The translations under genes were made by a program, and so were the position numbers. Below, piece after piece: positions 52,456-63,085 of a stretch of 64,000 nucleotides of DNA. The stretch is taken from assembly GCA_963721085.1 (NCBI GenBank), contig CAVRHW010000021.1, positions 65,580-129,579 of the forward strand. The letters are read 5' to 3'. Each line of letters opens with the position of its first letter. Positions within the stretch are counted from its first letter, which is position 1. This DNA comes from an uncultured Gammaproteobacteria bacterium (GTDB lineage: Bacteria > Pseudomonadota > Gammaproteobacteria > SZUA-229). The notes under the pieces are model-generated. The model had not been told where the DNA came from, ran no database searches, and worked only from the letters and a program-made list of their open reading frames with translations.

Positions 52456-53211
52456 ATGCCAAACCCCGTTTTACACATAGCACCAGAAATCTATCTTGCC
52501 GCTGTTTCTATTCTGCTGCTCGCCTACCTGGTGCGGGGTATTACCGGTTTTGGTTCGGGATTGATTGCGATCCCGTTGCTGGCGCATTTTCTGCCTCTGA
52601 CTTTTGTGGTGCCGATGGTATTGGCGCTGGATTTTACCGCCTCGGTTGCGCTGAGCCGTCATACCCATCTGGAAGTACGATGGGACGAAATTCGTGTGTT
52701 ATTGCCGGGAGCACTTGCTGGTATGCTGGTGGGTGCGGTGTTGCTGGTCAATTTACCGCGCGAGCCACTGCTGGTAGGGCTGGCCCTGTTTGTAATATTT
52801 TTTGGCCTGCGTTATCTGTTTAATGTGCACGATGAAAAACCGATCAGCCGCTGGTGGGCGCTACCGACCGGTTTTAGTGGCGGCGCGATCGGCGCCATGT
52901 TTGGTACCGGCGGCCCTCCCTATGTCGTGTATCTATCGCATCGTCTGCACGATAAAACGCAATTGCGAGGCACGCTGTCTGGACTGTTCATGCTGGAAGG
53001 CGCGATGCGCATCGCGACTTTTCTGTTCATGGGATTATTGCTACAGCCCGGTATGCTAAAAGCATTACTGCTGTCATTGCCACTGATGGGTCTGGGGCTT
53101 TATTTGGGAAACAAGGTACACCTGGGCATTTCGCGCCGACATCAGCTGGCACTGGTCGGACTATTGTTGCTGGGCAGTGGTGGCTCTTTGTTATGGAAAG
53201 CGTGGAGCTGA
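52456..53211 (+). CDS. TauE/SafE family sulfite exporter-like membrane protein
   Basis: VRGITGFGSGLIAIPLL ... GAMFGTGGPP repeats; about 8 TM helices. Start taken at the ATG at 52456. Confidence 0.75.
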   Translation: MPNPVLHIAPEIYLAAVSILLLAYLVRGITGFGSGLIAIPLLAHFLPLTFVVPMVLALDFTASVALSRHTHLEVRWDEIRVLLPGALAGMLVGAVLLVNLPREPLLVGLALFVIFFGLRYLFNVHDEKPISRWWALPTGFSGGAIGAMFGTGGPPYVVYLSHRLHDKTQLRGTLSGLFMLEGAMRIATFLFMGLLLQPGMLKALLLSLPLMGLGLYLGNKVHLGISRRHQLALVGLLLLGSGGSLLWKAWS

Positions 53212-53250
53212 ACAGTTAAAGCATAGGCTGATTCGTAGCTACGTGAATCA

Positions 53251-55800
53251 TTATCCCGGATGCCACAGAATATGCTGGTCTTCCAGTGGAACTAACGCAG
53301 CTTCGTGATGCGGTATGATTCGTGCTGTGTAATCACTCGCCGGGCGCGTTGCCGGTACTTCTGCATGATAGGTATAACCATTGATGGCGCCCACCAGTTC
53401 CCGCACAGGTTGTCATAATAATTCGCTCGGGTGAATTGCTGTTGATGCCATCTGCAAAAGTTCAACCTGTACTGCTTTCGGATCCATGTCATCGAGATAG
53501 ACCTGCACTTCAAAAATATGCTGGTCGTTCTCGGTGTCCTGTTTCATTTCTCCGAAATGCATGGCGTTCCAGTGCTGCGCCAGTGAAGTACGCCAGTTCA
53601 TCAGCTCGACACCCATAGCGCCTTTATCAGCAGCACGTGCACGATAAGCCGCAGCCGCTGGAAGGTAATGTTGTTCGGTGTATTCTCGTACTGCACGATT
53701 GGAGGAATAATGCGGTGTTAATTGCGCCATACTTTCTCGCATGCGCGCTACCCAGGCGGTGGGTATGCCCTGCTCGTCGCGCGCATAAAACTCGGGAATG
53801 ACTTCGTTTTCCAGAAGATCGTACAGAATTTCAGCATCACGCATATCCCATGCGGGATCATCACCGTGTTCCTGACCATCATCCAGTGACCAGCCAACTT
53901 CGGGTGTGTAGGCTTCATCCCACCAGCCATCGCGAACAGATAAGTTAATGCCGCCATTGACTAACACTTTCATGCCACTGGTGCCACAGGCTTCCCAGGG
54001 TCTGCGTGGTGTGTTGAGCCAGACATCTACACCCTGCACCAGATGTTTGGTGAGCAGCATGTCATAGTCACTAATAAAAATGACATGTTGCCTGACCTCA
54101 GGACGCTTGATGAACTGCGTCCATTCCTGAATCATTGCACACCCTGCTTTATCCGCCGGGTGTGCCTTACCTGCGATGATAAGTTGTAGCGGTCGTTGCG
54201 GATTCGTTAATAATCGTATCAACCGTTCCGGATCACGCAGTAGCAGGTTGGGTCTTTTGTATTTGGCAAAGCGACGGGCAAAACCCAGCGTCAGGGTATT
54301 GGGATCGAACAGATAATTCGCCTTCTCCAGTTCTTCCGCGGGCGCACCATTGGCAGCCAGCTGATCGCGCAGTCGTTTGCGCGCATAGTTCACCAGCAAA
54401 CGACTGGAAGCGGTGCGAAATGCCCACAGCGCGTCATCAGATACCTGGCGGATATCATCCGCCATGTTTTCTGTGGTACCCAGCCAGCAATCTTTGCCGC
54501 AGGTCTGAGCCCACAGATCTTGCGAACCTGCATCCCAGGTGGGTATATGCACACCATTGGTGACATACCCGACCGGTATTTCAAGCTTGGGCCAGCGCGA
54601 GAAAAGCGGTTCGAACATATGTCGACTAACCCGTCCGTGCAGGCGGCTAACGCCATTCACCGAACCGCATCCACGAACACCCAGATAAGCCATGTTAAAA
54701 GGTTCGGATCTGTCTTCCGGATTTTGACGCCCCAGCGCCAGCAGTTCTGTTTTGCTTATGCCCAGCTTCTCTTCAGCATAGCCGCCAAGATATTGCGTGA
54801 TCAGTCGTTGGTGAAAAACGGTCAAAGCCGTCGGCCACTGCAGTGTGAGTAGTGAACACATTGCCTGCACGCGTGATCGCCAGTGCAGTTGCGAAATCAT
54901 GTCCGCCGTCTTCCATAAAAATACGCGCGCGTTCCAGCACAGCGAAAGCCGCATGACCTTCGTTGAGATGACAGACTTCCGGTTCAATCCCGAGTGCTTT
55001 TAACAGGCGCCAGCCACCAATGCCAAGCAACAGCTCCTGTTTGAGACGCAGTTCGGGACCACCACCATAAAGCTCACTGGTGATACCGCGATGTGCGGGA
55101 TAGTTTGCAGCATCATTGCTGTCCAGCAAGATATAACTGTGCGCGGCCAACCTGAACCTGCCAGGCGCGTAACCAGACCGAGTAACCAGGCAAGGCGATT
55201 TCAAGTCGTAACCATTCGCCATTGTCATTCCGCAGTGGTGTGATGGGTAATTGACCGGGATCGTTATAAGGAAAAATGGCCTGTTGTGCGCCGTCCTTAT
55301 CGATCACCTGGCGAAAATAACCCTGCTGGTAAAGCAGACCCACAGCGATCACGGGCACACCCAGATCGCTGGCCGCCTTGAGCTGGTCGCCCGCCACATT
55401 ACCCAGCCCGCCCGAATAGATCGGCAGTGCTTCGCTCAGCATGTATTCCATACTGAAATAGGCAACATGGTTCAGCGGCGATTGCGGGATACGTTTGCTG
55501 AAACCAGGTGGTGGCTTCTTCCGCATTATGTCTGGCCTGTAACAAATCATCGACCATTTTGCGAAAGTCGGTGTCCGCCAGCAAAGCCTGAAGTTTCCTG
55601 CGCGAAACCGTCTGCAAAACGATCCAGGGATTCTGGGTGCGCTCCCAGAGCACCTCGTCCAGCTGGCGCCATACCTGATCGGTGGCAGAATTCCACGACG
55701 AACGCATGTCCAGCGCAAGTTCAGCCAGCGTATCGAAACCCTCCACTTCTCTGGACATGAAACGCTGTTTCGGATGACTGATCTGTGCGGGTTCACTCAT
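53251..55800 (-). CDS. alpha-glucan (glycogen/maltodextrin) phosphorylase, ~850 codons reconstructed across five apparent 1-nt indels
   Basis: Pieces lie in ORFs 55399..55800, 55113..55796, 54773..55228 and 53413..54987, plus hand-translated ADGINSNSPERIIMTT and VRELVGAINGYTYHAEVPATRPASDYTARIIPHH...LWHPG* (stop at 53251). Motifs include AYFSMEY...PIYSGGLG and EACGTSGMK. Confidence 0.8.
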
Positions 55801-56181
55801 GCTTTAACCATTGTTCTCTCAGGTACTACCCTGATATTTTTCCATAGAAACATACCCGGATGATAACGCGGTTTCATAATCAATAGCGGCTGCATATCAG
55901 AAAATCAGGCTGACACCTTGCCATACAAACACCACATAACCGTCCGAATGGGTCTCTTAACACCACCTGGTGGGCAGGCCCTGCAGACATTACCGGTGTG
56001 ACGCAGGATTATCCCGCCCAGAATGCGTATAGAGGCTAGCTCTGATGGGATATTCAGTGGCCTGCCCGAGCCCTGCGCACTCTCATGATTATTTAATATA
56101 ACTATATGATTAATATATATTATTTAATATTTTCCAGGACTTTCCCGGGCAAAATAACTATCTCTATATAGTAATCTAAAT

Positions 56182-56200
56182 GATTATGATTATCATTTAC
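56182..56200. promoter_or_regulatory. Fur box candidate
   Basis: GATTATGATTATCATTTAC matches the consensus GATAATGATAATCATTATC at 15 of 19 positions. It lies 55 nt upstream of the cupredoxin gene. Confidence 0.6.
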
Positions 56201-56254
56201 ATGATAAACGATCCTTGTTATAGTGCGCGCACATTCTTTGAAGAGGATTTATCA

Positions 56255-56581
56255 ATGCGAGCACCGCTTATTTCACTGGCAGCACTGCTGCTGGCTTTTT
56301 CATTCTCGCTGAAGGCGAATGCCGGAGACTATGTGCTCACGATCAAGGACAAACAGTTCTCCCCTGCTGAGCTGATGGTGCCTGCCGGTCAAAAAATCAA
56401 ACTGGTCGTGAAAAACGCGGACCCCACCCCTGCCGAGTTTGAAAGCACTGATTTGAATCGTGAAAAACTGGTGACCGCCGGGAATCAGATCATTATTTAT
56501 ATCGGCCCGCTGGATGCAGGAACGTACAACTATTTCAACGATTTTAACCGTGATGCCAAAGGCACCATTGTTGCCAGATAA
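56255..56581 (+). CDS. periplasmic cupredoxin-domain protein
   Basis: Signal peptide ends LKANA. Contains YVLTIKDKQFSPAELMVPAGQKIKLVVKNADPTPAEFES, a cupredoxin-like beta sandwich pattern. Confidence 0.65.
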   Translation: MRAPLISLAALLLAFSFSLKANAGDYVLTIKDKQFSPAELMVPAGQKIKLVVKNADPTPAEFESTDLNREKLVTAGNQIIIYIGPLDAGTYNYFNDFNRDAKGTIVAR

Positions 56582-56595
56582 GTAGATGAATCCTC

Positions 56596-57361
56596 ATGAA
56601 TCAAACATCGCTTTATAAAGAACATACGCACAAAAAGTTTATTGCCGGGCATGATTTTATTGTTCGGCGCAGGGACAGGTTCGGCATATGCTCTCGATGA
56701 GATTTATTCGCCCAACGTTGAATACCGCGAGTTATCGTTAGAATACGCCGGCAGTCATACATTTGATGATCAGTCAGATAAAAACAATGCACAGGATAAC
56801 GCGCTGGTAGTTGAAGCAGGTATCGCGCCACGCTGGATGATTGAGGCCAGTGCTGGATATTCCAAAGAGCCCAATGCAGATACTAAATTCAGTAGCTGGG
56901 AGCTGGAGACCCGGTACCAGTTCGTCGAATCGGGAAAATACTGGCTGGACGCTGGATTTCTGGTCGCCTACGGGTTTGCCGCACAAAGCCAACAACCCGA
57001 TTCAGTTGAGGTAAAATTGCTGTTGCAGAAGGATTTTGGCAAATACACCAGCACAGCCAATATCGGATTTTCACAGGATCTTGGCACATATTCAGCTTCA
57101 GGCGGAGCGGACTATGTTGCACTGGTGAATACTCGCTATCGCTATAATGAATACTTTCAGCCGGGACTTGAAATCCAGAGCGACTTTGGACAGAGCAGTA
57201 CTTTTGGGCACTATAACCAGCAGGAACATTATATCGGGCCAGCAGCCTATGGCCGCCTGTTTGGTCGCGTGAAGTACCAGGTTGCATATTTATTCGGCGC
57301 CAGTGATGCTGCCGCGCAAAGTGCAGCCAGACTAAAACTCGAATATGAAATACATTTTTAG
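56596..57361 (+). CDS. outer-membrane beta-barrel protein, apparent 1-nt insertion near 56645-56650
   Basis: MNQTSLYKEHTHKKFIAG from the ATG at 56596 joins ORF 56642..57361 (MILLFGAGTGSAYA signal). Alternating beta pattern with a C-terminal YEIHF. Confidence 0.6.
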
Positions 57362-57371
57362 GATTTAAAAC

Positions 57372-58196
57372 ATGCTTGCCACACTCATTATTGTCTTTCG
57401 TGAAGTCATAGAAGCCAGCCTGATTGTTGGCATTGTTCTGGCTGCAACTCGCGATGTGCCACACCGCACGCGATGGGTCGCGTTTGGAATACTGGGTGGT
57501 ATTGCGGGTGCCTGTCTTGTGGCGGGTTTTGCAAGCGCGATTAATAATGCAATGGAAGGCGTTGGTCAGGAAATGTTCGATGCATTTATCCTTCTGACTG
57601 CGGTGGCGATGCTCACCTGGCACAATGTATGGATGTCAAAACATGGACGTGAAATGGCGACACATATGAAAAACGTCGGTGCCGAGGTGGCCTCTGGCCA
57701 GCGAAATCTGCTGGCGCTTTCTATTGTTGTTGGTATTGCAGTGTTGCGTGAAGGCTCCGAACTGGTACTGTTTCTCTATGGCATTATCCTCGCAGGCAAT
57801 GATACGGTCGCCAATATGAGCATCGGCGGCATGATGGGCCTGGGACTGGGTGTTGTCATCGGTGCGATCACTTATACAGGGCTGGCACGTATACCAAACC
57901 GTTATTTATTCTCAGTGACAGGCACGCTGATTTCTTTACTGGCGGCCGGCATGGCTGCTCAGGCGATCATGTTTCTCCAGCAGGCGCAGGTCATCACGAT
58001 ATTGTCCACCGTGATGTGGAACACATCCAACATACTCTCAGTCAGCAGCGTCGGCGGTAAAGTACTTCACACCCTGATCGGCTATACCGACAGGCCCACC
58101 GAGATGCAGGTGGTGGCGTATGTATTAACCTTGACGATTATCTTTTCTCTGATGCGGCTGTTCGGGAATACGAACACCAGAAAACAGACTGCGTAA
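57372..58196 (+). CDS. FTR1-family high-affinity iron permease
   Basis: Two RExxE motifs (REVIEA, REGSEL) in TM helices; 7 predicted TM segments. Confidence 0.8.
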   Translation: MLATLIIVFREVIEASLIVGIVLAATRDVPHRTRWVAFGILGGIAGACLVAGFASAINNAMEGVGQEMFDAFILLTAVAMLTWHNVWMSKHGREMATHMKNVGAEVASGQRNLLALSIVVGIAVLREGSELVLFLYGIILAGNDTVANMSIGGMMGLGLGVVIGAITYTGLARIPNRYLFSVTGTLISLLAAGMAAQAIMFLQQAQVITILSTVMWNTSNILSVSSVGGKVLHTLIGYTDRPTEMQVVAYVLTLTIIFSLMRLFGNTNTRKQTA

Positions 58197-58324
58197 AAGA
58201 GCTGTATCTGAAGTACATAGTCAGGCAGCCGCAATCTCGTCCACCACGCGATATTGCTACGGATAAGCGCGCAGACAGACAATCCTGTTGTGCCCTGCAC
58301 GCCTGAACACAGTATACTGCCAGC

Positions 58325-59170
58325 ATGAAAATACCCAAACGACTCAAGCCACTGGTAGAGGACGGCCTGGTGGACGAGGTCATTGGTCAGCTAATGAGTG
58401 GCAAGGAAGCATCCGTCTTTATCGTACGCTGTGGCACACACATCCGCTGCGCCAAAGTTTACAAAGAAGCCAGCAAACGCAGCTTCAAACAGGCCGTGCT
58501 TTACCAGGAAGGCCGCAAGGTACGTAATAGTCGTCGTGCCCGTGCCATGGAAAAAGGCTCAAAGTTTGGTCGCCAGGAACAGGAGCAAAGCTGGCAGACC
58601 GCCGAGGTGGATGCACTCTATCGACTGGCCAATGCCGGTGTGCGTGTTCCTAAACCGTACGGCTGTATCGATGGTGTGCTGTTAATGGAACTGATCACGG
58701 ATGCCGAAGGCAATGCTGCGCCACGCCTGAACGATGTTACCTTGTCCCCTGAACAGGCACTGAACGATCACGCCATCGTCATACAGTCGGTGGTGCGTAT
58801 GCTCTGCGCTGGTATGGTTCACGGTGATCTTTCCGAATTTAACATATTGATCAACGCTGACGGCCCGGTGATCATCGACCTGCCCCAGGCAGTAGATGCC
58901 GCAGGCAACAATAATGCAGAAAGCATGCTGGCGCGCGACGTGAACAATATCAGAAATTATTACGGACTTTATGCACCCGAATTGCTCAACACCCGGTACG
59001 CAAAAGAAATCTGGGCATTGTATGCAAGTGGCGATTTACATCCTGAGGTCAAATTAACGGGTGAATTTATCGAAAGCGATGACGCGGCTGATGTCGATGT
59101 CGTCATGCAGGAAATCGATGCCGCCCGCACTGAAGAGGAAGAGCGGCAGGAACGCATACGTGGCAGCTAG
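58325..59170 (+). CDS. RIO-type serine protein kinase
   Basis: SGKEASVF ... AKVYK ... HGDLSEFNIL catalytic loop ... IDLPQAV. Confidence 0.8.
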   Translation: MKIPKRLKPLVEDGLVDEVIGQLMSGKEASVFIVRCGTHIRCAKVYKEASKRSFKQAVLYQEGRKVRNSRRARAMEKGSKFGRQEQEQSWQTAEVDALYRLANAGVRVPKPYGCIDGVLLMELITDAEGNAAPRLNDVTLSPEQALNDHAIVIQSVVRMLCAGMVHGDLSEFNILINADGPVIIDLPQAVDAAGNNNAESMLARDVNNIRNYYGLYAPELLNTRYAKEIWALYASGDLHPEVKLTGEFIESDDAADVDVVMQEIDAARTEEEERQERIRGS

Positions 59171-59275
59171 GATGTTTCATTAAAGCCAGGAATCCTGTTA
59201 CGCGAACGAACAGGCCCTGCTATCTATCAGGTGTGTAAAGCCATATACTGATCCGCAATATTTCATGGATACCGT

Positions 59276-61966
59276 ATGACACCTCCCGCAAAATCCAGTG
59301 CCACCAGCAAGGAAAAACAGCGCCTCGACATTGCTGATCAGGCAGCGACACCCTGGCGACGCTGGGGCCCTTATCTCAGTGAACGTTCCTGGGGTACGGT
59401 GCGTGAAGACTACAGTCCTGACGGTGCAGCCTGGGATTACCTGAGTCACGATAAAGCACGAAGCAAGGCCTACCGCTGGGGCGAAGACGGTCTCGCCGGA
59501 CTCTGTGACCGTTACCAGCTATTGTGCTTCGGACTGGCATTATGGAACGGTGAAGACGCGATCCTCAAAGAGCGCGCGTTTGGCCTCACCCCCAACGAAG
59601 GCAATCACGGCGAAGACCTGAAGGAATATTATTTCTATCTCGACAGCACGCCAACGCACAGCTACATGCGTTACCTGTATAAATACCCGCAGGCCGAATT
59701 CCCCTATCAGCATCTGGTGGAAGAAAATCGCAAGCGGTGCGGCAGCGGCGAAGAATACGAACTGCTGGATACCGGTATATTTGATGATGACCGCTACTTC
59801 GATGTCTTCGTCGATTATGCCAAAGCCTCGCCCGAAGATATCTGCATACGAATCGAAGTGCATAATCGTGGACCGGAAGCAGCACCGATTCACATTCTGC
59901 CGCAACTATGGTTTCGCAATACCTGGTCGTGGACCGAACCGTGCGAAATAGCACCCAGCATTCGTGCCGACAGTGCCAGCGATAAAGCGGTTTGCCTGGT
60001 CGCTGACGATACCGATTCCACGGGGCTCACCAACCTGCCCTTTCAGTATCAGCTTGGACCACGCCGCCTGTATGCAGAAGCCGATGGTGAGTTGCTGTTC
60101 ACCAACAATGAAACCAGCCAGATACGTGTGTATGGTGCAGATGCTGAGTACGAACCAGAATTTACCAAGGACGCGTTTCATCGCCATGTGATACATGGAG
60201 AGAACAGCGTCAATCCAGCACAGGAAGGCAGCAAAGCCTGCATCCATTTCACCCGCATAATATCGGCCGGCGAAAAAACGGTTATCCGCTTACGCCTGAC
60301 ACCAGAAGTTCTCAGCGATCCGCTGGCCGATGTTAACGATATTATTGACACGCGCCACAGCGAAGCCGATGAGTTCTACGCCAGCATCCATCCCACGAAA
60401 GCCTCCGAAGATGAGTGCCGCGTTCAGCGCCAGGCCTTTGCCGGTTTGATGTGGGGCAAGCAAAATTATATTTTTGATGTCGAAAAATGGCTGAGCGGTG
60501 ACAATAAAAACCAGCCACCCCCCGATTCACGTAAACATATTCGTAACGAACACTGGCGGCATCTCAATTCACAACGCATTCTCTCCATGCCAGATACCTG
60601 GGAGTACCCCTGGTTTGCGGCCTGGGACCTGGCTTTTCATACCGTGCCGATCGCACTGATCGATCCGGAGTTTGCCAAGGAACAGTTATTATTGATGCTG
60701 TTCGAACAGTTCCAGCATCCCAATGGCCAGATCCCTGCGTACGAATGGGAATTCTCTGACCTGAATCCGCCGGTACACGCCTGGGCGGTATGGCGTGTAT
60801 ATAACATGGACCGAATTCGTTCAGGAAAAGCCGATACCGATTTCCTGGAAAAATGTTTTCATAAACTGCTGATCAATTTTGCCTGGTGGATTAACAAGGT
60901 CGACCCTGCTGGCAATAATATCTTCGAAGGTGGATTTTTAGGCCTGGATAATATCACCCTGTTCGACCGTTCGGAAAAATTACCCGATGGCGCCACGCTC
61001 GAACAATCGGATGCCACCGGCTGGATGGGTATGTTCTGTCAGAACCTGATGCGTATCGCGCTGGAACTGGCGAAAACCAATGCGGTTTATGAAGGCCTGG
61101 CGACCAAGTATTTTCAGCATTATGTCTACGTCGGCTCGGCGATGAAGCATATGGGTGAACAGGGCGACCAGAATCTCTGGGACGAACAGGACGGCTTTTT
61201 TTATGACGTCATGCGCTACGCCGATGGTAGCTATGAAAAACTGCGCGTGCGTTCACTGGTCGGGCTGATTCCGTTGTTCGCAGTTGAACGCCTCGAAACC
61301 GCCTGGATCAAGCCGTTCGAAGAATTCACAACCAACTTCCGCTGGTTTATAGAAAACCGCCAGGATATTGTGCAGCACTGCGTCAACAAGGTGAGCAAGG
61401 ATAATGGTGACACCCATGTGCTTACCATCGTCGATCTCGAGCAACTGCAGCGCATCTTGCTGCGAGTATGGGATGGCGATGAATTTCGTTCCGAATACGG
61501 TCTGCGCAGCCTGTCGAAATTTCACCACGATCATCCACTTCATATGCATAACAGCTCAGTGCGCTACGAACCGGCAGAAGCGGACTGTAAAATTAAAGGC
61601 GGTAATTCAAACTGGCGCGGCCCTATCTGGTTCCCGACTACATTCCTGATGATCGAATCCTTGCGTAAGCTCGATACCGCTTATGGCGACCAGCTCAAGA
61701 TTCCGGCACGCGATGGCAGCGAATCGACCCCGGGCGAAGTGGCGAACTATTTTGCCAACGCGATGATCTCAATATTTACCCGCGACAAGTCAGGGCGTCG
61801 CCCGGTCTACGGTGATACCAGAAAATTTCAGGACGATCCCCACTGGCGCGACTACATTACATTTTTTGAATATTTCGACGGCGATAACGGTAAAGGCCTG
61901 GGCGCATCGCACCAGACCGGCTGGACTGCGCTGGTCGCTTCGCTGATAGACGAATGGCGACAGTAA
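59276..61966 (+). CDS. GH63-like (MGH1/glucosidase family) glycoside hydrolase
   Basis: 896 aa. The central [11 protein letters not shown] ... [11 protein letters not shown] ... GFLGLDN pattern matches (alpha/alpha)6-barrel glucosidases. Confidence 0.7.
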   Translation: MTPPAKSSATSKEKQRLDIADQAATPWRRWGPYLSERSWGTVREDYSPDGAAWDYLSHDKARSKAYRWGEDGLAGLCDRYQLLCFGLALWNGEDAILKERAFGLTPNEGNHGEDLKEYYFYLDSTPTHSYMRYLYKYPQAEFPYQHLVEENRKRCGSGEEYELLDTGIFDDDRYFDVFVDYAKASPEDICIRIEVHNRGPEAAPIHILPQLWFRNTWSWTEPCEIAPSIRADSASDKAVCLVADDTDSTGLTNLPFQYQLGPRRLYAEADGELLFTNNETSQIRVYGADAEYEPEFTKDAFHRHVIHGENSVNPAQEGSKACIHFTRIISAGEKTVIRLRLTPEVLSDPLADVNDIIDTRHSEADEFYASIHPTKASEDECRVQRQAFAGLMWGKQNYIFDVEKWLSGDNKNQPPPDSRKHIRNEHWRHLNSQRILSMPDTWEYPWFAAWDLAFHTVPIALIDPEFAKEQLLLMLFEQFQHPNGQIPAYEWEFSDLNPPVHAWAVWRVYNMDRIRSGKADTDFLEKCFHKLLINFAWWINKVDPAGNNIFEGGFLGLDNITLFDRSEKLPDGATLEQSDATGWMGMFCQNLMRIALELAKTNAVYEGLATKYFQHYVYVGSAMKHMGEQGDQNLWDEQDGFFYDVMRYADGSYEKLRVRSLVGLIPLFAVERLETAWIKPFEEFTTNFRWFIENRQDIVQHCVNKVSKDNGDTHVLTIVDLEQLQRILLRVWDGDEFRSEYGLRSLSKFHHDHPLHMHNSSVRYEPAEADCKIKGGNSNWRGPIWFPTTFLMIESLRKLDTAYGDQLKIPARDGSESTPGEVANYFANAMISIFTRDKSGRRPVYGDTRKFQDDPHWRDYITFFEYFDGDNGKGLGASHQTGWTALVASLIDEWRQ

Positions 61967-61997
61967 TCGTGGCAACCACAAAGGAGGACAGATAAAA

Positions 61998-62996
61998 GTG
62001 ACTGTACTGGCAGGCGATATCGGTGGCACCAAAACACTCTTACAAATTTCACAGGCTGGTGGTGATGGCGTTCAGGTACTTTATGAGCAGCGTTTCGTCA
62101 GTGGCGATTATCCGGAGTTCGATCGCATGCTGCGCGAATTCCTGGATACCGCAGCAGACCACTGCGAAGCACCTGACGCGGCCTGCTTCGGTGTTGCCGG
62201 CCCTGTGAGTGGGCGCAAGGCGCGCACCACCAACCTGCCCTGGACACTCGATGCGGACCAGATCGAATCTCAGTTTAATATTTCAAAGGTACGCCTGATC
62301 AATGACTTTCAGTCAGTCGGCTATGGCATCGAAGCACTGCACAAAGATGATATTGTCACTTTGCAGGCCGGCAAGGAAGTGGCACAGGGGACGCGCGTGA
62401 TCATCGGTGCAGGTACCGGACTCGGTGAGGGCTTCCTGGTCTGGCAGGATGATCATTATGAAGTCGTCGCGTCGGAAGGCGGCCATGCCAGCTTCGCCGC
62501 GAGCGATGAGCAACAGATCGAGTTGCTGCGCTATCTGCGCAAACGGTTCGATCACGCGACCTGGGAGCACGCAGTGTCCGGACGTGGCCTGGTCAACATC
62601 TTTGAATTCATGCTCGACAGCGGCAAGTCAGAATCCGATGCCTTGCACCAGGCACGACAGGACGAAGACCCGGCTGCTGCCATCAGCCGTTTCGCACTTT
62701 CCGGCGAAGACGCGCTCGCGGTAGAAACGCTTGATCTGTTCGCGCGGCTGTATGGCGCACAGGCCGGGAATCTTGCCCTGACCGGACTGGCTGTTGGCGG
62801 CGTGTATGTGGCAGGTGGCGTTGCGCCTAAAATCATCGATAAACTTAAAGACGGTACTTTCATGTCTGCGTTCATCGACAAGGAGAAACGCATGCAGGAT
62901 TTACTAAAAGCCATGCCGGTACACGTCGTGGTCAACGCGCATGTTGGCTTGATGGGTTCTGCACTGGCGGCAGCACGACTGGCAACTTCAAAATAA
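61998..62996 (+). CDS. glk: glucokinase
   Basis: LAGDIGGTKT ... INDF.A.GYG ... GAGTGLG ... EGGH; GTG start. Confidence 0.9.
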   Translation: MTVLAGDIGGTKTLLQISQAGGDGVQVLYEQRFVSGDYPEFDRMLREFLDTAADHCEAPDAACFGVAGPVSGRKARTTNLPWTLDADQIESQFNISKVRLINDFQSVGYGIEALHKDDIVTLQAGKEVAQGTRVIIGAGTGLGEGFLVWQDDHYEVVASEGGHASFAASDEQQIELLRYLRKRFDHATWEHAVSGRGLVNIFEFMLDSGKSESDALHQARQDEDPAAAISRFALSGEDALAVETLDLFARLYGAQAGNLALTGLAVGGVYVAGGVAPKIIDKLKDGTFMSAFIDKEKRMQDLLKAMPVHVVVNAHVGLMGSALAAARLATSK

Positions 62997-63085
62997 ACGA
63001 TCAGTCAAGGAAACTCTGATGTGTCAGAGTTTCCGCAGCATATGGATGTACTGCCAGTGATGAATGATTCAGCGCTTCCTTACTA

